IMG/VR virus record: IMGVR_UViG_3300032245_001163
Source of the DNA: a virus
Length of the DNA stretch: 64,000 nucleotides
Direction: 5' to 3' (one strand)
Position 1 is the stretch's first letter. Every line of letters begins with the position of its first letter. A program made the translations under genes and the position numbers. Of the stretch, positions 19,662 through 34,600 are shown one piece after another. The notes beneath the pieces were generated by a model that saw nothing but the letters and a program-made list of their open reading frames with translations, ran no database searches and was not told where the DNA came from.

Positions 19662-22600
19662 TGGCACGCACACGATCAGTTGATTTCCTACCAGAAATTT
19701 TTAGAACTCCTGTTAACAAACAATTCTTAGCAGCCACTCTTGACCAAATGGTTCAAGAGCCCAAGTTTAAAAAGACACAGGGATTTATTGGCCGTACTGT
19801 GGGTCCAGGTGTTAATCCCAATGACAGTTATGTTGTAGAGCCTGATAAAATTCGCCAAGAGTATCAATTAGAACCTGGCGTGATCAGTCTTGAACCTGAC
19901 ACACAAAATATCAAAAATGTCATCACTTATCCTGGCATGAACGACGCCATTGGATTTCAAGGGGGTGATCAGACTCGCGCAGATCAGTTGTATAACAGTG
20001 AGTACTATACCTGGGATCCTTTTGTTGACTATGATGCGTTTATTAATTTCAGCCAATATTTTTGGTTGCCCAGCGGCCCAGAAACAGTAGATGTAGCATC
20101 CATTGGCATACCAACCAATGATAATTTTGTAGTCAATCGTGAAAATGGTGTTTACACATTTTCTGGTCTTAGCGGTAATAATCCCACAATTGATCTAGTT
20201 CGAGGTGGAAGCTACACGTTTCAAGTAGCGCAAAACGCCAAAGAAACTGTGAATTATCGTGTTACCAACAACGGTACCACGGCTTACCTGATTGATTTTC
20301 AAAACAATCCAACATTGACTTTGGCACGAGGCAACACTTATGTGTTCAATATTACCCTCAATGGTGTGTATCCTTTCTGGATCAAGACAGCATTGAGCCT
20401 AGGCACTGGTGATGCATACAACTCAGGAGTGCTACGAAACGGCAGCAGTTTTGGTCTAGTTACATTTACTGTACCACAAGATGCTCCTGACACCCTGTAC
20501 TATGTCAGCGAAAATCAAACCAACTTGCGTGGCACCATTAATGTTATAGACGGCACCCCAGGCACTGGTCCAGGATTTTGGATTCAAACTTCGCCAGGAG
20601 TGGCGGGAGTGGTACCTACTACCCCTAACCTTAGCAACAGAGATGTCTATGGCGTTACCAACAACGGTGAAGATCTTGGTATAGTAACATTTGATGTGCC
20701 ACAAAAAACAGCGCAAGAATTTTATTATAATCTCACCGACGTAGGTCCAATTGATTTATTAACTGAATTAAAATTCAATCAGATCAATAACCAACCTTTG
20801 GAACAGTTTATTACCACCTATGGCGGAATTGATGGCACCACATATCTTGATGGTCGTACATTGGTGTTTACAAATACTATTGCAGATGCTGAAGATGGTG
20901 GCTGGGTTGAAACCACATTTTATGATCCGCTGCCTAGACTGGATTCATTCAACGGTGCAGTAGGAAGTTATGATTCTATCAATTTTGATCAATCCACTGA
21001 AGTACCATTGGCTGATCGATATCAAATATGGCAAATTGCCATAGTAAATCGCAATGGTATAGATTATATCAGTCTATCAAAAATTGCCAACGTTGATATC
21101 AACCAAAAGTTTACTATCAGTTATGGTAATACCTACAGCAATACCAGTTGGTACAAAATGCCCAACGGATACTTTCAACGTATTCCTTTGTTGACAGCAT
21201 TGTTCAACGAACTGTATTATCAAGATGGCACCGACCCAGAAATTTTTGGTAAAATTCGGCTGTTGGATCAAACTGAGACCAACACAATTTTTATCGATCA
21301 GATTATTGGACAAAAGAATTATACCAGTCCCAATGGCGTGGCATTCACCAATGGACTCAAGGTGCGCTTCACTGGCGATGTGTTGCCAGTTTCTTACAGT
21401 TCAGGTACTACCACACTAACCTGTACTGCCACCCAAGCAGGCAGCAACTACATCACATGTGGCTCGACTGCTGGATTGTACGAAGGTGAAGAAATTGTTT
21501 TTTCGGGCACAACTGCTGGCGGCATCATTGCTGGACAAAGCTATTACATCAAATCAATTGCATCTAATGGCATTCAATTTTCAATAGCCACAGTGGCCGA
21601 TGGAGCAACATTTGAACTAAGCACTGCCACTGTGGCAGGATTTACAGCCGTGGCCATTGCCAACAATGAATATTATGTAGCAGGAGTTGGCACAGCAATT
21701 GAGCTGCTGCCAGTACGAAACTTTATCACGCCTGAAACTTATGTGGTGGATGCTAGAGATAGTACCATTGCATCTGAACCAGGCGAAGTAGATTACCTCA
21801 CAATCGATCGCGCCAGCAAAGATCTAAATGCATGGACACGCAGTAATCGTTGGTTCCATGTGGACGTGATTCAAGCTTCGGCCGCTTACAATGGTAATGT
21901 GGCCACACTAGACAACAACTATAGAGCCAAGCGTCCAATTATCAACTTCAGACCCAACATTAGATTGTACAACATGGGTACCGAAGGCAAGCAGCCAGTT
22001 GACATCATTGACTTTTCAGAAACAGACGCACTCAGCAACATTGAAGGCAGTACAGGATATTCAGTGGATGGATATACTTTTGTCAATGGTACACGAGTAA
22101 TTTTTGCTGCTGATGCAGATCCCGAAGTGCGTGATAAAATCTATATTGTGCAATTTATCACACCTGACAGTGTGGAACCATTGATTACGCAACCAATTAT
22201 CAATCTTGTGTTGGCCAGCGATGGCGTTGTGTTGCTTGATCAAAGTGTGGTATGTCTTGAAGGAACCACACAAAAAGGCGTGTCATTCTGGTACAACGGT
22301 GTAGAATGGACTGAGGCACAACAGAAAACTGGAGTGCAACAAGCACCACTGTTTAACGTGTATGATCTAGCTGGTATCAGTTTTGGAGACCGAGCCAAAT
22401 ATCCATCTAGTACATTCATTGGCAGCAAATTGTTTAGCTATGCCGTGGGAGACACTGGCATACTAGATCCTATTTTGCAATTCCCACTGCAATATTTGAA
22501 CATCAACAACGTTGGTGATATTGTATTTGAGAACAACTTGTACAAAGATACATTCTTGTATGTGCAAGACAACGTATCAATCACGTCTGACATCAGTTCA

Positions 22601-25600
22601 GGTGTGGCTCGAGAATATGTCGATCGTACTGTGTTTGGCAAACTCATTGGTTGGCAAACTGCGGCTGCAACTAGCCAGCAATACCAACAATTTAAATTTA
22701 CATATACTGGACAAACACTGAAAGTTGATGTTGCAGTTGGTACAAACACTGTATTGCCCCCAATAAAAATCTATGTCAGCTCAGACTTTTTAATGCCTGA
22801 CGAATACAGTTATATTGTAGGCACTAACAGCACAACTATTACATTGCTCAACACTTACTTGCCCACAGACATCATTGAAGTCTTGGTGTTGAGTGATCAA
22901 ACCAGTGCTACTGCATTTTATCAAGTTCCGATTAATTTACAGAACAATCCGCTGAATACCAACAGTCCCAGTTTTACTCTGGGTACAATTCGCACACATT
23001 ACGAAAGCATTTGTGAAAACTTGTTAACACTGTCTGGACCAGTCAACGGTGCCAACAACACCAGAGACCTGGGCAATTTAGTACCATATGGCGCAACCAT
23101 ACTGCAACAGAGTTCTCCATTGACCCTGGCTGGATATTTCTTGCGCAGTGAAAAATACAACATATTCTCAAGCCTGCAATACAACAGCAACGAATATCTA
23201 AAATTCAAAGGTCAGATGCTGAACACTGCAATTCAGCAAGTGGTTCAATATCAAACTGCTGGTGAAATTTTAGATATTGCCATGGCTGATATTACTTTGG
23301 GTCGCGTTGAATCGCAGCCATTTTATTGGAGTGATATGATACCTGCAGGTGCAGTGTATCAAACCACAACATACACCATATCAAATACCACCAACGACAC
23401 ATTTGATACTATCAATGTATACAACTATACATCAGCCAACTATTTGGGGTTGAATGTGTATCTGAACGGTACAATTCTTACCAGAAGTGTTGATTATGTG
23501 GTGGCCACAGACGGGCCTCGAATTGTTGTATTGGCCACACTGACTCTAGGTGATATACTAACATTAAAAGAATATTCTGCCACTTATGGTAGTTTTGTAC
23601 CAAATACTCCTACCAAATTGGGATTGTATCCTGCATTCCGTCCTGAAATTATCACACAAAAAACCAGTGCAGGCACACAGACTGTTATTGTGGGACACGA
23701 CGGAAGCATTACTCGCACTTTTGGTGATATCCGCGATGACGTGTTGTTGGAATTTGAAACCAGAATATTCAACAACTTGAAACTGGATGGTAATCCTGTG
23801 CCCATTAGTATTGCAGAAGTATTGCCTGGACAATTTAGAACCACTGGCTACAGCATAGACGACGTTAACAACATCCTGGCCACAGACTTTTTGAGTTATG
23901 TGGCCTGGAACAAGCTGGATTACAAAACACAAGATTATGTTGCTGCCAATGAATTTTCTTGGAACTACAGTGGCAGCCAAAGCAAGTTAGATAATGAGCC
24001 ATTGCCCGGAGCCTGGCGCGGCATTTATCGCTACTACTATGACACACAGCAACCTGAGGAAACTCCTTGGGAAATGTTGGGATTTTCCATCCGTCCTGAC
24101 TGGTGGGATCTTGTGTACGGTCCAGGACCTTACACACAAGACAACTTGGTGTTGTGGGATGATTTAGAAGCAGGTTATGTGGCAGACCCTGTTGCTCCTT
24201 ATTACTTGCCTGAATATGCAAGACCTGGTCTTACCAAAGTAATACCAACAGGTACTGAAGGGGAATTGTTGAGTCCGTTTGATTCAGTGGTTGGTACTTA
24301 CAATGATTCTACATTCCGCAAGAGTTGGAGTGTGGGCGATGGCGGCCCTGTGGAAGCATCATGGTGGAACAGCAGTGCATACCCATTTGCTGTTATGAGA
24401 TTGTTGGCATTAACTCGTCCTGCTAAGTTCTTTGCGCTGTTTGCTGATAGAGATTTGTACAAGTTTGACACAGACCTCAATCAATATTTGTACAACAATC
24501 GTTATCGCCTCAATGCCAATGATTTGGAAATCTATGGCAATGGTGTCAGCAAAGCCAGCTACATTGACTGGATTGTGGACTTCAACCGTCAAAGCGGTGT
24601 GGACAGCACAGCTGATCTCACAGCTGATCTTGGTGCACTGGACGTTAGATTGTGCTATAGAATGGCCAGTTTCTCAGACAAACAGTACATTAAGATTTAC
24701 ACTGAGAAATCCAGTCCCAATTCAACCAACACCACTTTCTTAATCCCTGATGAAAGTTATGATCTAGTTTTGTATAAAAATCAACCGTTTGATCGTGCCA
24801 GCTATTCAGCAGTGGTGATACAAAAAGTTGCAGGTGGATATGCAGTATTTGGTTATAGCACATCACAACCGTATTTTAACATAATTCAAAGTCAGTACGC
24901 TGGACGTTTGCAAACCTACAGTGCTGGTGGTATTACGGTGCAAGTGCCCACATTCTATTCAAACACTATTACACAAATTCCGTATGGCTACATTTTTGCC
25001 AGCGAAACTGCGGTGTCTGACTTTTTGCTGAGTTATGGACAATACTTAGAGCGTCAAGGACTAGTGTTTGACAATCGTGTCAATGGCTATGAACTGAACT
25101 GGGGACAAATGGTCAATGAATTCCTGTACTGGAGCCAACAAGGCTGGGACGAAAATGCCTTGATCAATTTGAATCCACTGGCATTTAGACTCAGTATTTC
25201 TCGTGAGCAGGCTGTGGTAGACAGTATTGCCGCACAAACATCTGACAATATATTGTTGGACCAAAATCGCAAAGAATTGCCCACACGCAATCTCGTTATT
25301 ACACGTTTGGATAATACATTTACAGCTGAACCTGCTACTGACCAGACGCTGAGTTATATTGATTTAAAATACACTGCTTACGAGCACATGATTGTGTTGA
25401 ACAACGCCAGTGTGTTTGGTGATTTGATTTATCAACCTGTTACAGGCGCTCGACAAAGTCGACTGAATTTAATTGCAGTGACCACAACTGAGTGGAATGG
25501 CTCAGTGGATGCACAAGGCTTTATTTTAAATCAAGACAATATTGAAGAATGGAATTCATATACCACGTATACCAAAGGACAAATTGTCAAGTACAAAGGT

Positions 25601-28600
25601 GCTTATTGGTCAGCGGCCAAAATTGTGCAACCTACAGCAGTGTTCAATGCCAACGACTGGCTGGCCAGCGACTACACACAAATTGAATTGGGACTGTTGC
25701 CTAACCTGGCCAACAAAGCTGACCAATTACAAAACAGCTACAATATCAACACAGCCAATCTTGAAACAGACAACGATTTGTTGAGCTATGGATTGATTGG
25801 GTTCCGTCCTCGTCAATATATGACATCACTGAACCTTGACGATGTTAGTCAGTTGAATGTGTATCGTCAATTCCTTGGCAGCAAAGGCACCATACTCAGT
25901 GCTGAACTATTTGCGCAGGCCAATCTTGGCAAGGAATCTGCTGACTACAGCATTTATGAAAATTGGGCAGTACAACGTGCAGTATACGGTGCCAACGCTA
26001 ACCGTAGTTTCTTCCAGCTGCGATTGAATCGTGCCTTGTTGGATGCAAACCCTAGTTTGATCCAAATCATTAATCCTCAAGAAACCAGTCAAGCCGATCA
26101 AACTGTTCTAGTTTCAGATATTTGGAAACAGAGCTATAATATTACTTCGCCTGATATATTACCTGTTACTACCACACTTCCAACAGACATTGCATTGCCC
26201 ACAGCAGGTTATGTAAATCTTGACGACGTTGATATTACAGTGTTTGACATTGAAAACACTGACAGTCTAGCTGCAAACATCAATTCTATTGGAGTTGGTA
26301 CAAATGTATGGGTGGCAAAAATCAATGCCTATGATTGGGCTATTTACAGAACTCAATCAGTTCCAGGCACTATCAACCATGTGTGCGATAACTTGGATGG
26401 CACTAGTTTGGTTATATTCTCAGGCCAACACGGGCTTGCAGTCAATGACAAATTGATCATACGATTCTTTGATACAGAAGTAAATGGCGTATACACAGTG
26501 CTCAATATAGTGAGCCTAGACACAATTACTGTGGCGTTTAGTTTCACAGGTGATCGCACAGTAGTCAATGGCACTGGGCTAGGGTTTACCTTGCAAACTC
26601 AACGTGTGGCTCAAGCCAGCGATGTATTGAATCTGCCTTATGCCAATACCATTGAACCAGGTGCCAAAGTCTGGGTAGACGACAACGGCAGTGGGCTATG
26701 GAGTGTGATACAAAAACAAGAAGTGTTCACTGAATTGTTGGGATTGAGTCCGTCAGAAGTTGACCAGGGCGAACAATTTGGTAGTTCTGTGGCACAAGCA
26801 CAAAACAGATATGCTGCCTTGGTGGGCAGCCCACGATATCGATTCCCTGTGGGTGCTACACTGTGGAATATCGCCAACACTTACAATGAATTTTCAATCG
26901 TGTATGTCAGCGATCCTTTACAAACAGAATTTTTCTATGCGCCAGCACCTGTACCGCAAGGCATTAGCATTTACAACACTGCGTACTGGACTCCATACCC
27001 ATTAGCAAACTTGCCACGACGTGGCGGTGTTTATGTGTATGTCAAGAGCGACAGCAACATATACACGCCAGTTAGTGCGTTGGCGCCTAACGATGCTGTG
27101 TTGAGTTTAGACGTATTGGATGTCAGTGGTGGACCTTATGATGGAGAAACCGCAGCACGTAGCTACGGTACCTCAGTAGACTTCGGTAATCAAACTTGGG
27201 CCGTGGCTGGAGCTCCGGGCAGTTTAGGATCAACTGGCGCAGTTGACAATGGGTATGCTGTGGTAATTTACAAAGATCCACAATTGGCTGCACCAGGCAA
27301 CATACCTTACGGACAGTGGCAGTTGCTGACTACCCCAGGCTCTACCAGTGCTGCAGAAGAATTTGGTTATAGTGTAGCAATCAGCCAGGATGAACGTTGG
27401 ATGTACATTGGCGCACCAGGAGTTAATTCTGTGTATGCGTTTGGTCGTGTGGACTGGGAGTTGCAGAATCTCAAAGCAGTGGGCGATGGACAAACCACTG
27501 ATTACTTCATCGGCGATGTGATCAAAATTGACGCAAACACTCAACTCACAGTCAGTGTGGATGGTGATGAACAAATTTTAGGAACAGACTATGTTGTAGT
27601 CAATTCGTTGACCATGGTGGTGTTTACCACACCTCCTGAAGAAGGCAATGCCATTGAGATTATCAGAACCAGTCGCAAAATTCTTGACTATCAAGCCACA
27701 TACAATCTGCAACAATCTGCAACATCAGCTGCGGGCACAGGTGCAAAATTCACAGTGGTGCTTCAACGCAATGAAGTTGGACAACCAGCTGCTGGCAAAG
27801 GTCTAGTATCAGTTACAACAGGCGGTGCAAATTACGCAGTGTCTGACACTATAACTTTAAATGCTGCCAGTTTTGGTGGTGCACTGGCCAATGGCAATAT
27901 TACTCTTACAGTAACCAGCATTGGCGCAGGTGGGGCAGTCACTGGATTTTCTACTGCTTATTCTCCAACAGTGTTGGTCAGCACATTCTCATTGAACGAA
28001 TATTTGTTCAGCGCCGACAACATTTACAGTTTCACTTTGTTGGTAGATGGAGTAATACAACGTCCCAACATTGATTATACATTCAACAATATCACTGGTG
28101 ATGTAACATTTGCGGCAGCATCTAATCCTCCTGCTGGCGCCAGCATTCTTGTACGTGCTGAAGGATATTTTGAATATTCAAGCACAATCACATACTCTGG
28201 ATCACAGGCAGGTGATAGATTTGGACACACTGTTAGTACCAGTACTGATGGTCGACAAGTGTTGATTGGCGCACCATACACCACAGAATCCAGCCAGTCA
28301 GAAGCTGGCACAGTATACGTGTTTGATCGTGATGTACAAAGATTTATCTACGGTACTGAAGGGTCAACCGTGGCATTCACAGTGCTGGGATCTGTAGTAG
28401 AACCAGTTAGTGTGTTGGTCAATGATACTTTCTTTGTAAATGAATTGAGTGCAGCGCCTGACCAAACTGACACATTCTCTGTAAGCGGCAATACCATTAC
28501 CATTCTTGGGGATTTGCAAGTAGGTGATATCATTGAAATTGAAACCAATGGTTTCCAATTTGTTCAATCTGTTACACAAAACACAGTAGAAGAGTTTTCT

Positions 28601-31600
28601 AACTTTGGATATGCCACAGATTTGTGCAGTTATAATTGCAGTTTGTATGTTGGAGCACCAAACAGCAGTTTGCAACAATTAAAAGGCGGTGTGGTTGAAC
28701 GTCATATCAATCAAAGTCGCGCATACGGCATCACCACTGCCACAGTTGCCAATCCCAACTTAGACAGTGGCGATACCATTAGAATCAACAATCAAGATGT
28801 GGTAGTTCCGAATGCCTGGAGCAATGCTTCATCTTATGCTGCAAATACCATTGTATACAACTACAGTGCTGCTACTACCATTACCACAATATATTTGAGT
28901 TTGCAAAGTGTTCCTGCAGGAACAGCATTGTCCAACACTTCTTATTGGAAAACAATTACATCGACCACTGTTGCTGCCAGTGTAGACGTCCGGGCATTGG
29001 CTGCACAAATCAATGTAGATGTGCCCAATGTTCAGGCCACTGTAGATGCAGACGGGTATTTGACTGTAGCCGTAAAAAATTCTGCAGCAGCAGCAGTAGG
29101 CAATAAACTAAACGTTGCGCCAGGATCTGTTGGTACTGCTTTTGCTGATCTTGGGTTTGAAACTTATGTGTTTACTCAAACAATCAAGAGCCCATACCCT
29201 GCAGACTACGCAGGATTTGGCAGCAGTTTAAGCATTGAAGACAGTGCTATTAATCTAGTGGTAGGTGCTCCTCGTGGTACGTTGTACTTGATCACAATCT
29301 TTGATCTCAACAATACAGTGTTTGATGAAGATGCCACAGACTTCTACGATCAAACTGTACAGAGCGGTGCAGTTTATACCTATGATTTGTTGGCCAGCGC
29401 CAGCCCATCTGTTAGCAGCCCAGACAAATTTGTGTTTGGTCAACAGATTGACAATCCCGATGTGGTATCATATGATCAATATGGCACAGCAGTAAACTAC
29501 ACTGATGGAGTGTTGTTCACCGGCGCACCAGGCAATGAATTTGAAGACAGCACTCTTACTGCAAATTATGGACGAGTGTTTGTCAGTGTCAATGAAAATC
29601 GTGTGCCTTCGTGGACAGTATTGCGTGAACAAAAACCTGTGGTAGATGTAAGATTGTTGAACTCTGTTTACTCTTATGACAGACTCACATCAGCTACCAC
29701 ACAGTATTACGACTTCTTTAATCCATTACAAGGTAAAATTCTTGGCGCAGCCAGACAAAACTTAGATTACATTGGTGCAGTGGACCCTGCCAGCTATAAC
29801 GTTGGTCCCACAGGTGTACGTGGCACCACATGGGGACAAAGTCGTGTGGGCGAAACTTGGTGGGATACCAGCACAGTGAGATTCATTGACCCCAACCAAG
29901 ATGACATTGTGTACGCCAGCCGTCGTTGGGGACAAGTGTTTCCGGGTAGCACAGTAGATGTTTATCAGTGGATTGTGAGCACAACACCTCCTGCAGATTA
30001 CACAGGCGAAGGTGTTCCCTTAAACATCACTAATTATGTGGTGAACACTGTATTGAGTGCTGATGGTATTTTTAACACTGAATATTATTTCTGGGTGCGT
30101 GGCATAACTGCTACTGCCACACAAAAAGGCAAAACATTGCCAGTGAGCACAGTAGCCAACTATATTGAAAATCCCAGAGCATCGGGTATAACTTATCTTG
30201 CACCCATTGATGCCAGCACCGTTGCACTGTACAATGCTGGTGATTACATCAATGCACAAGACACTATCATCAGCATTGAGTTTGACAAAGAACTCACCGA
30301 AGACAATGTTCACGTTGAATACGAACTAGTAGCACAAGACCGTGAAGATGCATTTATCAGTAAAAACTTATACCGCAAAATGCAAGACAGTTTTTGTGGA
30401 GTTGATACCAACGGTAGTTTAGTACCTGACATCAATCTTGGCGTAGCAGAGCGATATGGTGTGCAGTTCCGTCCACGCCAGAGCATGTTTGTGGATAGAT
30501 TTGCAGCATTAAGAAACTATCTAACTCGTGCCAACTCAGTGCTGGCAAGATATCCTATTGCGGAAAGCCGTCAGTTTGTATTGTTGAACAGCAGCGAACC
30601 TGAGCCACCAGCAGGGTCAGGTGCATGGAACAAACGTGTAGAAAACTTAGAGATATTAGAGTTCCAGAATATCTATACTGTATCTTTGGGCTACAAATAT
30701 CTAGTAGTCAGCGATTCCAGCAATCGAGGACTATGGACAATTTACACAGTTGAAGAAAGAGAAACCACCAGTGGTACCATAAGAGTATTGCAGTTGACTC
30801 AAGTGCAAAATTATGACACCACACAATATTGGAGTTATATCAACTGGTATTTGCCCGGGTACAACAGCAGCAGTAAAATCATTGCCGAAGTTCCAAATGT
30901 AGCTGGATTGGATACCTTGAATGTTGCGGTTGGCAGTAGCGTAAAAGTCACAGCCAACAGCCTAGGTAAATTTGAAATTTATCTGCGTGGTGCCACAGGA
31001 TTTGAACGTGTGGGACTAGAAGATGGTACCATTGAATTTTCTGCGCAACTGTGGGATTATCAATTGGGACGTTTTGGATTCGACGTTGAAGTCTTTGATG
31101 CACAATACTACGATCAAGAACCAGTGATCGAAACACGCAAGATCATACAGGCCATCAATGAAGAGTTGTTCATCGATGACTTGGCAATTGAACGCAATCG
31201 TCAATTAACATCAATGTTTAACTTTGTACTCAGCGAATTCGCGGCTCCTGAATGGTTGATTAAAACTTCCTTGATTGATGTAGAACACAGAATTCGTAGT
31301 TTGACAAAGTTCCAGAACTACAGTCGCGACAACCAAGAGTTTGTGCTTGATTACATTCAGGAAGTCAAACCTTATCATGTTCAAGTTCGGGAATTTAATC
31401 TTCGATACAACGGTTTTGATCAGTGGTTTGGGGATATGACTGACTTTGATTTGCCAGCATATTACAATACCACTTTGCAGGTTCCTCAATTTACCAGTCC
31501 TATTTTACTACCGTACGCTCACAGTACTTCGTTTAATTCTGAAACAAACAACCTCAGCGACTTGCCATCTAATTCCACTGTGTGGAGCTCTTGGCCATAC

Positions 31601-34600
31601 AGTCAATGGTACGGCAATTACTTGTTGAGACTGGATTCTGTTGAACTGATCGAAACAGGATCAGGCTACACTGAGCCGCCTGTAGTAGAAATTACTCCTA
31701 ACCCCAATGACCCTGCACCAGAAGTTCTTGCGCAGGCCGTTGCAGTGTTAAACAGCATAGGCCAAGTAGTGGGTGTAAGTGTCACTGTCAGTGGCTCAGG
31801 ATATCGCTCTACTCCAACAGTTACATTCATTGGCGGCAATGGATCTGGCGCAGTGGCGTATCCACGCATGACCAACGATGTTATACGCCAATTCCGCACT
31901 ACCATTAGGTATGATAGATTCCAGTATCAAACTAGCATTTTAACTTGGAGCAGCGAAGGCACTTACGAAAATGGCACATTGGTACGATACAACAACCGTG
32001 TGTGGTCAGCACAAAATGCTGACGGAAGTTCAGCAGTGGTAGGGCCAACATTTGATTTAGAAAATTGGCAATTGGTTGATGCAGCCACATACACTTATCC
32101 TGGCACCACAGTGGCCACCGGTCTAACCGGTGTTGACCGTACCATGGGCTTGTATGTGCCTGGAGCCAACGAATTTGGATTAGAATTACCATTACTGGTT
32201 GATGGTGTTGATTACCCTGGTGTGCAAGTTTGGGGCGATTATTTTACTGGCACACAGACACTAGATGCCAACTATCAAAGCGAATTTGCTGACATATATC
32301 TTGGTGAACGATTCTCAGATATCAATGTTGATGGCGGTGAATTCATTGGTCCATACGAAGGTCATGCGCCTGAAGAACTGGTCAATGGTAGCGAATACGA
32401 CACACTGGACATGCGCATTTATACTCGCCCAGGTGCAGATTGGCAAAATGACGGACATGGATTCCAAATTGGCACAATTCGTTATACATTTGAGCCAGGT
32501 ATCTCTCTTACCTACAGTTGGGCAAACATTGTTGAACACCCATTTAATATAGTTGTGTCTAACTTGTCCACTGGACGAGTGTTGGCCAGAGATATTGATT
32601 ATTCTGTTAATTGGGTAAACAACACAATTACCATTGACAACAACGTCGATTCAGGCAACATCATCAGTATAGATGTTTATGAAATTGGTGGCGGAAGTCA
32701 GCTGTTCAAAGGCAACTACGTTGGCGCAGATGTAATTGCAGACAACAATGCAATAATTGTTCCAGTTGGGTACAAAGAAATTGTGGGCGTCTATGTGTTT
32801 GTAAATGGGGAATTGGTAGCTATCCCAGAACTCGAAGCATACACAGACAGCCAAGTTTATGATGTAAATGACACATATCAAGCAATTGATATAGTATTCA
32901 ACGACAATCAACTAGCAGTGACCAATACAATAAGTGGGTATAACTTAATCACTTGTAATAGCACCAGTGCATTGACCATTGGTCAACCAATAGTGTTTTC
33001 TGGCACAGTATTTGGAGGAATTGTTGCAAACCAAGAATACTATGTACAAAGTATTCTCAATGGAACACAATTCTATATAACAGCAGTGGCAGGATCTGCC
33101 ACAGTGGTGTCGTTGACCACAGCATCTGGACTGATGACTGGATCACCCAAAGGCACATATTATCGTGCTGTGCAAACAGTGCCTCCGGGTGCTTTGTTAA
33201 CCGACACTACTTATTGGTTGCCATTTGTTCCTTCTGTTCGCAGCAAGATCACAATTACTGCTAATATCACAGCAACCGATGAAATTGCAGTGTTGATTCT
33301 TGGAAATGCAACCAGTATCACAGTAACTGACACACAGGCACTGGGAAATGCCATTGTGTTGTTGGGTTCAACTGCATCATTGAGTGTGGGACAAACTGTT
33401 ACTTTCTCAGGTTATAGCTTGGGCGGCGTGCTGACCGGAACCACTTACCAGATACTCAGCATCATTGACGATTCAATGAGTGCTATTACTATTACCGAAG
33501 ATGGAACCACAGAAGTTTCCTTGATCGACGATGAAGCAACTTGGGCTGGTGAATTAGTGGCAAAATTTGTGCCTACAAATTATCAAAGTTGGAGCACTCC
33601 AGTCATTGAAACATTTGTTGTAGATCAAGACATCATTGACAATAGCGCAGTAGAAATAGAAAATGCACCCACTTTCAGCAATGCAGCCAACATGATTGTC
33701 ATGGTCAATGGGTATAGAATACTTGGTCCAAGTTGTATAGAATGGATTGGTGATGGTACCACTGCTAGTTTTGGGTTGCCTCAGCGCATGGGCACCAGTT
33801 TCTCACAATCTATCATTGATGCTGTCAATGATATTCAAGTCTACGTAGACGGTGTGCTACAAAAACAATCATTTGGTGCTGAAACCGGTGTATACAGTGT
33901 TACAAACTGGGATGGTAGTAATACTCCTGGTCGACAAGTTGTGTTTGATTCAGTCCCAGCTGATGGCACAGTTATTGTAATTGCAGTGAGCACCATTGCT
34001 GATTGCGAGTTTGCATACAATCCTGCTCAACCAGGATTCACATCTACTTTGCAAATCTCCAGCACACTCAATCTAGGAGACATTGTACAAGTTATTACTT
34101 GGAATGACACACAACAACAAAATGCATTGACATTGACATTTGCTGGGCCAGTGCAGACAGGTACCACCACTTATCAAGCATACGATACCACAGACTATGA
34201 CAGTCCCACACTGAACGATCCAACTCAACCATTACCTGGAGAGTTTGCCTATGAAGTTGGCACATCAAACCCTGTAAATGACTTTGATCTGTTGCGCACC
34301 AACATTGATGCCAGCAGACTATGGGTTACATTAGATGGCTACAGATTGTTTGAAGGCAGTGATTACACTATCCAAGGACAATACTTGATACTGGCACAAG
34401 GTGCTATTGGTGCAGCCCAAGAATTAATCGTTACTGAATTTACTAATTCTATTGTACCTGAAGCTGTGGCATTCCGTATATTCCAAGACATGCGAGGAGT
34501 ACAAGCCACTTACAGAATGACCTTGGCCACAACTACACAAGTGGCACAGCCTGTCAGCGCCACAGCTGATATCATTTATGTGGAAAATGCAGCAGCACTA

